NCBI GenBank assembly: GCA_043733605.1
Contig: JAYTGI010000105.1
Coordinates: forward strand, 1 to 36,460
DNA length: 36,460 nt
Reading direction: 5' to 3'
Origin: Demequina sp.
Lineage (GTDB): Bacteria > Actinomycetota > Actinomycetes > Actinomycetales > Demequinaceae
Position 1 is the first letter of the stretch. Every line of letters begins with the position of its first letter. Under the pieces are notes generated by a model. It saw only the letters and a list, made by a program, of their open reading frames with translations, searched no databases and was not told where the DNA came from. Shown piece after piece: positions 25,653 to 33,244 of this stretch. Both the position numbers and the translations under genes were made by a program.

Positions 25653-26948
25653 CTAGAAGTGAAGTGAACCGCGCGGCGCGAGCCGCGAACGGAACGCGTC
25701 ACTCAATTCCGATACGGCACCTGGCCGAATCTCCTTGACGAGTCCTGCGGCAGCGAGCGCGTCGAGGGTGGTGCCTCCCAGGTACGCGACGGACAGTTCC
25801 TGGATCGACAGCCTGAGGTCGACGGAGGAGTCGCGCTCCGCGCGTTTCACCGTCGCCGTGCCGTTGACCACGGTGAACCGCCATGGGTGGGAGTTCTCTG
25901 CGATCCGCGAGTCGTCGACGCCGATCTCAACGTCCACATCCTTCAGGTAGGTCCGCGCCGTGAGGGCCGCCGGAACATCCAGAATGCGCACCCACACCTG
26001 GTCGCGCATTGTGGCAACCGCGCCGCGCACGTCCTTGAGCAAGTGGAGCAGAGGGGAGTCGAGGGCCACCGATGACACGGTGGTCGAGCTCATGAGGTCC
26101 AGGTTGCTGAGCACCGACCAGAGCCTGCGCTCTGCTGCGGCGGTGGCGGCTGCCCACCCGTTCTGACTGGCACAGGTACCACCGGGACCAGTGTCCGTCC
26201 ATGAGAGTTTGCGCTGAAAAAGGGCGAATGCGGCGGGCCCTGACGCGTCCTCGACGATCGCAATCCGCTTGCGTTCTTGGCCGTCCCTCACTAACTCGGG
26301 ATCGAAGAAGAGGTTGGAGAGCATCGCGTCGCCCACCGTGGACATCGCGCCAGGGCGCTCGTCCCTTGCGAGCACGGCCCGCACGTCCGAGGAGTGCGTC
26401 GCGAGATCCGCGTCCTCTAGGCGAATGCGCAAGTCGTCAGAGCCTGCGAGTTCTCTGAGTTCGGCGCCTCTGGGGAGGGTGAGCCTGAATGTGGGACACG
26501 CAAGGCCGTATCCAAATCGCTGGTAGATCGCTGTCTCGGCGGCAAAAAGGGTGCTGATGGACTCGCCACGGGCGCGCGAGCGCGAGAAGTGGTCGTCGAT
26601 CATTGAGCTGAGGAGGCCGCGCCTGCGGTGCGCGGGATGTACGCCCACCCATGTGAGACCCGACGTTGGGACCGTGCCGCCTGGAACACGCATTTCATAC
26701 GGGTAGGACGAGTGAACTGCCGCGAGCTCTCGGTCATGAGATGCGCCCCGACCAGACTCGCCCTGCTCAGGATCTTCAGACGCGCCATGCTCGATGCCTC
26801 GACTTCGCGACCAGTCGATCGTGTCCTCGATGCGGTCTGCGGTGACCTCGGCATCTGGCAGGGCGAAGGCCCACGCGTCGACGGCGAGGAAATCCGTGTT
26901 GCGCTCGAGAGGGATGTCGATGCTGCGATAGCTTGCGGGAAGATTCAT
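25653..26948 (-). CDS. Eis-family GNAT acetyltransferase with SCP-2-like C-terminal domain
   Basis: GLTWVGVHPAHRRRGLL, LFAAETAIYQRFGYG, WVRILDVPAAL..RTY, AYLGG and a C-terminal Phe as in Eis. CAGGAT -10 lies 6 nt before ATG 26948. Confidence 0.9.
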   Translation of the reverse strand: MNLPASYRSIDIPLERNTDFLAVDAWAFALPDAEVTADRIEDTIDWSRSRGIEHGASEDPEQGESGRGASHDRELAAVHSSYPYEMRVPGGTVPTSGLTWVGVHPAHRRRGLLSSMIDDHFSRSRARGESISTLFAAETAIYQRFGYGLACPTFRLTLPRGAELRELAGSDDLRIRLEDADLATHSSDVRAVLARDERPGAMSTVGDAMLSNLFFDPELVRDGQERKRIAIVEDASGPAAFALFQRKLSWTDTGPGGTCASQNGWAAATAAAERRLWSVLSNLDLMSSTTVSSVALDSPLLHLLKDVRGAVATMRDQVWVRILDVPAALTARTYLKDVDVEIGVDDSRIAENSHPWRFTVVNGTATVKRAERDSSVDLRLSIQELSVAYLGGTTLDALAAAGLVKEIRPGAVSELSDAFRSRLAPRGSLHF

Positions 26949-27009
26949 GGACCGATCCTGGCACCCGAAGGCGCCCGATGCACTTCCTGGCAGGAGTTGC
27001 GCGGCCTCG

Positions 27010-27501
27010 TCAGGCGTCGGTGGCCGCGACGATGTCGTCGCGAAGTCTCGCGTACTCGACCTTGATACACCTGTTCTCGATGACGTCCATGCCGGCCGCG
27101 CGAGCGGTCGCGGCGGCGATCTCGTTCTCGATTCCCAGCTGCATCCACAGCACCGCGGCGTCCACGGCGGCCGCGTCGACGGCGACAGGCGGCACATCCT
27201 CACTGCGGCGGAACACGACGACGATGTCCGGTGCAACGGGGACGTCGGCGAGCGAGGCGTAAAAGCCGTGCCCCTCCATGTCCGCGTCGCCAGCGTTCGG
27301 GTTCACGAGGTATAGCTCGAAGGGGGTGTTGTTCATGAGCCACGTGCACACGGCGTGCGACGTGCGATCTGGGTCGGGCGAAGCGCCCACCACTGCGACC
27401 GCGTGGGAGCGCGCAAGAATCAGCGCGAGAACGTCGTCTGCGGGAGCCTGACTGACGAGCGGCATCAGGCAGGACTCAGGGGTGGCGTCTTGTGTCGTCA
27501 T
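27010..27501 (-). CDS. CoA-binding domain protein (YccU-like)
   Basis: VAVVGASPDPDRTS, LVNP, DIVVVFRRSE, LWMQLGI, ENRCIKVE motifs. ATG 27501 has GAGGA upstream; 27528 is an alternative start. Confidence 0.9.
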   Translation of the reverse strand: MTTQDATPESCLMPLVSQAPADDVLALILARSHAVAVVGASPDPDRTSHAVCTWLMNNTPFELYLVNPNAGDADMEGHGFYASLADVPVAPDIVVVFRRSEDVPPVAVDAAAVDAAVLWMQLGIENEIAAATARAAGMDVIENRCIKVEYARLRDDIVAATDA

Positions 27502-27605
27502 ATCCTCATGAACCACTTCTTCGATCATGTCATTTCACCATCAATTCCCGACGGCTACTGATCGGCCCTTTGTGGGCCTGGATGATCATTGTCGCCGCGA
27601 CGTGA

Positions 27606-28259
27606 CTAGATGTAGTACATCGCGGGTTCGCGGATCTCCGTGTCGAGCTCATCGAGGTGGACGTGTGAGTGTCCGTCATCGACGCACGAGGCGGCGGTGT
27701 GGGCCTCGACGTAGTTCGGCTCGAGCCGGATTACGGCGGGGATTCCCACGGCGGTTGCGCCGTTTGGCACGTCCTTGACCACCACGGCATTCGCGCCGAT
27801 GCGGGCATCGGAGCCGATGTAGATGGCGCCCAGAATCTTCGCCCCTGCGCCTACCACGACTCTGTCGCCGATCGTGGGGTGACGTTTTCCGTGGCTCATC
27901 GTCGTGCCGCCTAGCGTCACGCCGTGGAACAGGAGCACGTCGTTGCCAACGATGGCGGTCTCGCCGATGACGACTCCCATCCCGTGGTCGATGAAGGTGC
28001 GTCGGCCGATCTGCGCACCCGGGTGAATCTCGATTCCCGTGCGGCGCCGGGCCCGCTGTGAGACGAGGCGCGCGAGCTTCCTGTGGCCCGAAAGCCACAG
28101 GCGATGTGCCACCCGGTAGTACCAAAGGGCATGTACGCCCTGGTAGCTCAGCGCCACGACGAACGGGCCTGGGCACGCCGGGTCGCGACGATGGGCTGTC
28201 TGGACGTCCTCGCGGGCCAAGGCCCACGCGGAAATGCTCTCAGTCATGGCTGTTTCCAT
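27606..28259 (-). CDS. cysE: Serine O-acetyltransferase
   Basis: [40 protein letters not shown] hexapeptide motifs; C-terminal EPAMYYI. ATG 28259 has GGAGG upstream. Confidence 0.95.
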   Translation of the reverse strand: METAMTESISAWALAREDVQTAHRRDPACPGPFVVALSYQGVHALWYYRVAHRLWLSGHRKLARLVSQRARRRTGIEIHPGAQIGRRTFIDHGMGVVIGETAIVGNDVLLFHGVTLGGTTMSHGKRHPTIGDRVVVGAGAKILGAIYIGSDARIGANAVVVKDVPNGATAVGIPAVIRLEPNYVEAHTAASCVDDGHSHVHLDELDTEIREPAMYYI

Positions 28260-28302
28260 TCGTTGCAGTCCTCCGGATGGCATAACGCCGTGCGAGCTCT
28301 GG

Positions 28303-29238
28303 TTAGTCCATCAAATCGGCGTAGAGGATCGTGCTGAGGTACCGCTCGCCGAACGAGGGGATGATGACAACGATGGTCTTGCCCGTGTTTTCGGGGCGCT
28401 TGGCAACCTCGATCGCGGCGTGCAGGGCCGCGCCGGAGGAGATGCCCACGAGTAGTCCTTCCTTGCGGGCGGCAGCCCTTGCGGTTGCGACAGCGGTCTC
28501 GGAGTCGACGTCGAAGACCTCGTCGTAGATCTCGGTGTTGAGGATCTCAGGGATGAAGTTGGCGCCGATTCCCTGGATCTTGTGCGGGCCGGGCGCGCCG
28601 CCGTTGAGGATGGGGCTTTCGGCCGGCTCGACCGCGATGATCTGCACGCTTGGCTTCTTGGCCTTGAGTACCTCGCCGATTCCGGTGATGGTCCCGCCGG
28701 TGCCTACTCCCGCCACGACAATGTCGACCTCGCCATCGGTGTCGTCCCAGATCTCGACGGCAGTGGTCTTGCGGTGGATCTCCGGGTTGGCCTCGTTGGC
28801 GAACTGGCGCGCGAGGACCGCGCCCGGACGCTCGGCCGCAATCGCGTCGGCCGCGTCGATCGCACCCTTCATTCCTGTGGGTCCTGGCGTGAGGATCAGT
28901 TCTGCTCCGAAGGCGCGCAGCAAAGCGCGGCGCTCCTTGGACATCGTCTCCGGCATTGCCAGCACCACGTTGTAACCGCGAGCGGCGCCAACCATCGCGA
29001 GCGAAATGCCGGTGTTTCCTGACGTTGCCTCGACGATCGTGCCGCCGGGCTTGAGTTCGCCCGATGCCTCGGCGGCATCGACGATCGCGACGCCGATGCG
29101 GTCCTTCACCGAGTTGGCGGGGTTGTAGAACTCGAGCTTGGCGAGCACCGTGGCGACTGCGCCCTCGGTCAGTGAGTTGATGCGCACGAGCGGGGTGTTG
29201 CCGATGAGCTTGGTCACATCATCGAAAATGCGGGCCAT
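28303..29238 (-). CDS. cysK: Cysteine synthase A (O-acetylserine sulfhydrylase)
   Basis: [16 protein letters not shown] (PLP lysine), [30 protein letters not shown]; AAGGA upstream. Confidence 0.97.
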   Translation of the reverse strand: MARIFDDVTKLIGNTPLVRINSLTEGAVATVLAKLEFYNPANSVKDRIGVAIVDAAEASGELKPGGTIVEATSGNTGISLAMVGAARGYNVVLAMPETMSKERRALLRAFGAELILTPGPTGMKGAIDAADAIAAERPGAVLARQFANEANPEIHRKTTAVEIWDDTDGEVDIVVAGVGTGGTITGIGEVLKAKKPSVQIIAVEPAESPILNGGAPGPHKIQGIGANFIPEILNTEIYDEVFDVDSETAVATARAAARKEGLLVGISSGAALHAAIEVAKRPENTGKTIVVIIPSFGERYLSTILYADLMD

Positions 29239-29359
29239 GAGTGTTCCTTTGCGTGGGATAGAGGAGGTGACTATGCGTGTGAACGCGGGTGTACCTGGAA
29301 TCGATACCGGGGCGAGCGCTGGCGGATTGCTCCCCGCGAGGCGGGGGTGCGGCAGCGCT

Positions 29360-29446
29360 CTAGAGACAGCAGGTGCAGCAACACATGGAACCTGAGGACG
29401 GGATGGCAGGAGCGGTCGCGGTTGCGACGGTGCTCAGACTGCTCAT
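29360..29446 (-). CDS. Polycysteine leader peptide of the cysK-cysE operon (28 aa: [28 protein letters not shown])
   Basis: Read by hand (below the ORF-track cut-off). AAGGAGG 7 nt before the ATG; five Cys codons among the last seven; stop 121 nt upstream of cysK; TAATCT -10 at 29478-29473. Confidence 0.9.
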   Translation of the reverse strand: MSSLSTVATATAPAIPSSGSMCCCTCCL

Positions 29447-29495
29447 CGGGGTGCCTCCTTAGGTCCACCGCAAGATTAGCGCCGTAGCGCGGTCC

Positions 29496-29534
29496 GGGCA
29501 AGCACGCCGCACTTTTGGGGCAAGCACGCCGCAC
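29496..29534. repeat. 17-bp perfect direct repeat GGGCAAGCACGCCGCAC, 22-bp period
   Basis: Copies at 29496-29512 and 29518-29534, at and upstream of the expected -35 region of the cys leader promoter. Confidence 0.85.
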
Positions 29535-29652
29535 ATGCCCCGTCGCGGCACTGGCGCCCGTCGGACGCCGGTGCCAGACTTAGCGAGCGTCCGAGGCGTC
29601 GGCCGCCTTGTCCCCCCGCACGCACTGGCGCGTGCCTCGGTAGGAGGTTGTG

Positions 29653-30072
29653 ATGGGCTGGATCGATTTTGGCGCGGTGACCTGGTGGGCCGTCGCGGTC
29701 GCCTTCGCGGTGAGTTTCGTGTTTGGCTGGTTTTGGTACTCGCCGCAAGGATTCTTCCCGCTGTGGAGGCGCCTCGACAAGATTTCGAGCGACGACATGG
29801 AAAACGCGAACATGGGCATCGCGTTCGGCGGGACGGCCGTCGGCAATCTGCTTGGCGTCGTGCTTGTTGCAATCCTGATGCCCGCATTGGGGGTCGAGGG
29901 TTGGCTCGCCGGCCTCGCTTTTGGGGCGCTCCTGGGGCTGGTATTCAGGGGAGGCGCGCACGCGATTCACAACGGCTTCGCGGGGCGCCACCCTGGAGTG
30001 ACGCTGATCGACCTGGCTCACGACACCCTCGGTTTGGCGCTCGCCGCGGCGGTTTTGGGCGCCATCGGCTGA
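29653..30072 (+). CDS. DUF1761-like small membrane protein
   Basis: WWAVAVAFAVSFVFGWFWYSP..F..W N-terminus, four hydrophobic segments, TLIDLAH; AGGAGG upstream (GTG 29650 or ATG 29653). Confidence 0.82.
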   Translation: MGWIDFGAVTWWAVAVAFAVSFVFGWFWYSPQGFFPLWRRLDKISSDDMENANMGIAFGGTAVGNLLGVVLVAILMPALGVEGWLAGLAFGALLGLVFRGGAHAIHNGFAGRHPGVTLIDLAHDTLGLALAAAVLGAIG

Positions 30073-30194
30073 GGGACCCGGCGGATAGTGAGCTCCCGCA
30101 CCTGAGGACGGCGGTCAAGGAAGAAGTCGCCGTGCTGAAGACCCCTGGTGAGCGCCCTACTTCAACCTACCGAAGGCCGTGCCACACTGCACAG

Positions 30195-30947
30195 ATGAGC
30201 GTCAGCGATGGAGACGCGGAGACGGCGGCATCGGGAATCCCGAGTGGCCCCGTACCCGCACGATGGAGCCAGCTTGAAGATCGCGTGCTGCCGGCATGGC
30301 TTAGGCCGACCGCCCACGAGAGCCGCGTCCCTGTGGCAGCGGCGATCCTGGTCGCCGCCGCCCTGCAACTGGTGCTCGCGCAACAGTTCACGCTGATCCA
30401 CCCGCGCTGGTTGCTACCGGCGCTGGAGATCGCACTCCTGGTGACGTTGCTCGTTCTTAGCCCCCTGAGGCGTTCGCGCTTCACGGCGCAGGGCCGATAC
30501 GTGAGCCTGCTTCTGGTCGCCATCATCTCCCTCGACAACGGGTTCAGCGCGGTCCTGCTCGACATGGGGCTGATCAACGGGACGGTCGGGCGCCAAGCGG
30601 CACCGCTGCTGGCGTCGGCTGGCGCGATCTATCTGACAAACGTCATCGCCTTCGGGATTTGGTACTGGGAGCTTGACCGCGGCGGCCCTCTCGCCCGCGC
30701 GGCCGCTAGCAGGCCGTATCCGGACTTCCTGTTCCCCCAGATGACTCAGCACCACCTCGCGTCCAAGCAATGGGAACCCCGCTTCGGGGACTACATGTAT
30801 GTCAGTTTCACCAACGCCACCGCATTCTCGCCCACGGACACGATGCCCATGCCGCGGTGGGCCAAGGGGCTCATGGCGGGGCAGAGCGCGATCGCCCTGT
30901 CGACGACTGCGCTTGTGATCGCTCGCGCGGTGAACATCCTCAAGTAA
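30195..30947 (+). CDS. DUF1345-like membrane protein
   Basis: YLTNVIAFGIWYWELDRGGP, DFLFPQ, WEPRFGDYMYVSFTNATAFSPTDTMP, ARAVNIL motifs. CACACT -10 lies 6 nt before ATG 30195; the ORF-track extension to 29535 is spurious. Confidence 0.85.
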   Translation: MSVSDGDAETAASGIPSGPVPARWSQLEDRVLPAWLRPTAHESRVPVAAAILVAAALQLVLAQQFTLIHPRWLLPALEIALLVTLLVLSPLRRSRFTAQGRYVSLLLVAIISLDNGFSAVLLDMGLINGTVGRQAAPLLASAGAIYLTNVIAFGIWYWELDRGGPLARAAASRPYPDFLFPQMTQHHLASKQWEPRFGDYMYVSFTNATAFSPTDTMPMPRWAKGLMAGQSAIALSTTALVIARAVNILK

Positions 30948-31086
30948 CGGCCACGCTTCAGTGATGTGGCGCGCGTGGGTTCTCTGAAACTGTCCAATTC
31001 TCGTGATGGCGACTCGCTCCAGGGCTGTCGCATCAACTGCTCGTGGGAGAACCCGCACCTCGGAAGCCCCTGGAATGCAGAGGCCG

Positions 31087-31160
31087 TGGAGCGGGTGACG
31101 GGAATCGAACCCGCACCATCAGTTTGGAAAACTGAGGCTCTACCATTGAGCTACACCCGC
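31087..31160 (-). tRNA. tRNA-Gly (anticodon TCC), CCA encoded
   Basis: Reverse complement GCGGGTGTAGCTCAATGGTAGAGC-C-TCAGT-TTTCCAA-ACTGA-TGGTGCGGGTTCGATTCCCGTCACCCGCTCCA folds as a cloverleaf. Confidence 0.97.
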
Positions 31161-31190
31161 ACGAGCGGCGTTAACCGTGTCGGCGGGTAC

Positions 31191-31197
31191 TAGAGTA
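31191..31197. promoter_or_regulatory. Overlapping divergent -10 boxes for the two tRNA genes
   Basis: TAGAGTA reads TAGAGT on + and TACTCT on -, both matching TANNNT, between the divergent tRNAs. Confidence 0.5.
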
Positions 31198-31243
31198 GCC
31201 GAGCCTGGCAACGTCGGATAGCGCGTCGCAAGCCGGGTGCAAT

Positions 31244-31317
31244 CGGGGTGTAGCGCAGCTTGGTAGCGCATCTGCTTTGGGAGCAGAGGGTCGCAGGTTC
31301 AAATCCTGTCACCCCGA
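31244..31317 (+). tRNA. tRNA-Pro (anticodon TGG), CCA not encoded
   Basis: CGGGGTGTAGCGCAGCTTGGTAGCGCA-TCTGC-TTTGGGA-GCAGA-GGGTCGCAGGTTCAAATCCTGTCACCCCGA cloverleaf. Confidence 0.97.
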
Positions 31318-31320
31318 CGA

Positions 31321-31597
31321 TGTGATGTGTCGGGACATCGTTCTCAGGTGTCTCGGGTCATCGTTCACAGAGGCCCCTCCTTCGGGAGGGGCTTTGTTGT
31401 TTCTTGGGTTGGTAGTCGCGGTTTTCGCCCAGGTGGTGTTCGGCGATGATTTCGCCGGTGGTGTGGTTGATGACGAGCGTGTCGTCTTCGGCGACGAGGA
31501 GCAGCACGGGGGTGCCTGTGTGGGCGCATCCGATGGCGAGGTGGCGTAGTTGGCCTGCCCAGCGCAGGGTGATGACGCCGGAGGTGTCGACGACGTC
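31321..31597 (-). mobile_element. IS481-family remnant: terminal end plus transposase C-terminus
   Basis: Terminal TGT at 31321; sub-terminal repeats GATGTGTCGGGACATC and GGTGTCTCGGGTCATC (23-bp period); minus-strand peptide DVVDTSGVITLRWAGQLRHLAIG..VLLLV..TGEII..RDYQP matches my recollection of actinobacterial IS481 transposase C-termini. Confidence 0.85.
31373..31402 (+). terminator. Intrinsic terminator downstream of tRNA-Pro, located inside the IS481 remnant
   Basis: GCCCCTCC-TTCG-GGAGGGGC (8-bp stem, C-UUCG-G loop) followed by TTTGTTGTTT. Confidence 0.8.
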
Positions 31598-31699
31598 CCA
31601 CCCGAAGAGTTCGAAGCCACCTACTACGCTGACATCACAACGCCCACACCGCCCGTGCTGGCACCCGCAGAGAAGCGGCAAGAAACCGTAGACGGTTCA
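31592..31699 (+). mobile_element. IS3-family remnant: transposase C-terminus plus right inverted repeat
   Basis: Plus-strand peptide DVPPEEFEATYYA resembles the conserved IS3 OrfB end; followed by CGGCAAGAAACCGTAGACGGTTCA ending in the IS3-type GGTTCA terminus. Confidence 0.8.
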
Positions 31700-31811
31700 A
31701 GTTGACAGGCTCGATCTTCTCAGGCCAGGTGACGCTTTCGGTTGAGAGTTTCTACGTTCCGCGTCGCCAACCCAGAGATCGTGAGGTGTTCATCTCGGCC
31801 TCCAGAGCGAA

Positions 31812-32381
31812 CTAGGGATCCTCGCCAATGATTGGCGATGCGGGGCGCTCGACCGCGTAGACATCCGAGACCCCCTGATCGTCGATGTACCCCACCCACA
31901 ACGGGCTCATCCCCACCTTCATGGCCACGTTGCGCGATGCCTCATTGTGTGGATCGACCATGGCGATAAGTCGATCAACTGCGAGCGTCGCAAATGCGAA
32001 CTCCACGATCGCAAGGGCCGCTTCGGTCGCCAGACCGTGCCCCCACCACCGAGTCCCCAGCAGGTAGGCAACCTCGACCTCGGTGCGACCGCCGATCTCC
32101 CAGGGAAGAAGCCCGCAGCGGCCCACGAGTTCACCGCTATCCTTCAGGATCACCGCCCACAACCCGTACCCATATGTGCCGTAGTAGATCTCGATGATCC
32201 ACTCGAGTTCCTTGAGAGTCTGGCTTCGGGTCAGCGTGCCGTCTGGGAAATACTGGCGCACGCGCGGATCCGCATACAGCGCAGCCAGGTCGTCGAGATC
32301 CTCGCGCGTGAGATCGCGGAGCACGAGGCGCTTGGTCTCGATGACTGCCCCGCGCTCCGACTCGCCGTCACTGCTTAGCAT
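31812..32381 (-). CDS. GNAT N-acetyltransferase, RimJ/RimL family
   Basis: IETKRLVLR, GYGLWAV, VGRCGL, EVAY..WWGHGLATEAA, HNEASRNVAMKVGM motifs. CATCCT -10 lies 6 nt before the ATG. Confidence 0.92.
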   Translation of the reverse strand: MLSSDGESERGAVIETKRLVLRDLTREDLDDLAALYADPRVRQYFPDGTLTRSQTLKELEWIIEIYYGTYGYGLWAVILKDSGELVGRCGLLPWEIGGRTEVEVAYLLGTRWWGHGLATEAALAIVEFAFATLAVDRLIAMVDPHNEASRNVAMKVGMSPLWVGYIDDQGVSDVYAVERPASPIIGEDP

Positions 32382-32558
32382 GCACTGAGGATGCCATCAG
32401 ATACCGCGCAACGCCAGCCCTCAGCCGTCTACTTCATGACGCGCCTACCGGTCCTCGCGGCGAAGAAGAGTGCGTCGCAATCCCGAGACAGAACAATGCG
32501 AAGTCCGCTGCTTGGTGGGCGGTACGAGGTGGGGAAAGTGATCGCACGACCACCCTGG

Positions 32559-32900
32559 CACCGTGAGCGGATTCATAGCGGTGAGAGCCACGAACCTTGC
32601 ATACGTCGCGAGTGGCCTGCCACGCCCGGGGGGCGCGGCCGAACCATCGGGCGCCTTGAGAGCTGTGACGAGCTGGTGCACGCCGATGCCGATGACCACC
32701 ACGCCGGACACCACCATCGGCGCCGCGCCCCACGACGTGACGAGCCTAAGTGCATGACTGCCAGCAGTGCCGGTGATGCCGCAATACACGAGGTCAACCG
32801 AGCCGACCCCGAGGACAGCCGCCGCGGCCGATCGAAAGCGATGAAGCATCCCGAGCCGCAACAGCAGCAGGCCGATCGCGCCCAACGGCATCGTGATGGC
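32559..32900 (-). pseudogene. LysE-family translocator fragment
   Basis: AITMPLGAIGLLLL..G..SAAAAVLGVGSVDLVY and YARFVALTAMNPLTV resemble LysE segments; the N-terminus and the C-terminal helices are missing. Confidence 0.75.
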
Positions 32901-33158
32901 GTGATAGCGGGCTACGCCACGATGATCGCGGGGGACGCCCAGCGCGCCTTCGCCTCGCTCGAGGTGTTTATCGACGTGCGTCTCAACGGTTCTCCGCCCT
33001 CCGCCCTCCGCGAGGTGGCGGATACTGTCCACATGACTGGTCCCTACGACGCGCTCGTCCACACCTACGTGCCCGACACGGCGGCTTCCGGCGCCTTCCT
33101 TGGCCGCCTCAAGCGGGAATGCGGGTCGGGCCATACTCACACACGAGTCGCGCTGAAG
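32895..33158 (+). pseudogene. Lrp/AsnC-family regulator fragment lacking the HTH
   Basis: DGVIAGY..LEVFIDVRL..EVADTVHMTGPYDALV..DTAA..FLGRLK..THTRVAL matches the Lrp linker and effector domain; no start codon or HTH. Confidence 0.75.
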
Positions 33159-33244
33159 AGTTGGAATCAGCCCCAGCTCAGCGGCACCGAGGCACGGCCG
33201 TGTGCGACCACGTCACGCGGCGGCGTGTCAAGGACGGTGCGCCG

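Noticed and set aside
26949-27236. N-terminal extension of the Eis-like ORF (527 aa)
   Set aside because: Overlaps the CoA-binding gene in another frame; a -10 box supports ATG 26948.
29535-30194. N-terminal extension of the 470-aa ORF 29535-30947
   Set aside because: Arg-rich off-frame read-through over the DUF1761-like gene; the recognisable protein starts at 30195.
31277-31549. 90-aa ORF starting inside tRNA-Pro
   Set aside because: Overlaps the tRNA, crosses a terminator and is antisense to the IS481 remnant.
31321-31639. Apparent MITE bounded by TGTGATGT ... ACATCACA
   Set aside because: The right-hand 8-mer lies inside the IS3 coding remnant and no target-site duplication is visible; two fused remnants explain the region better.
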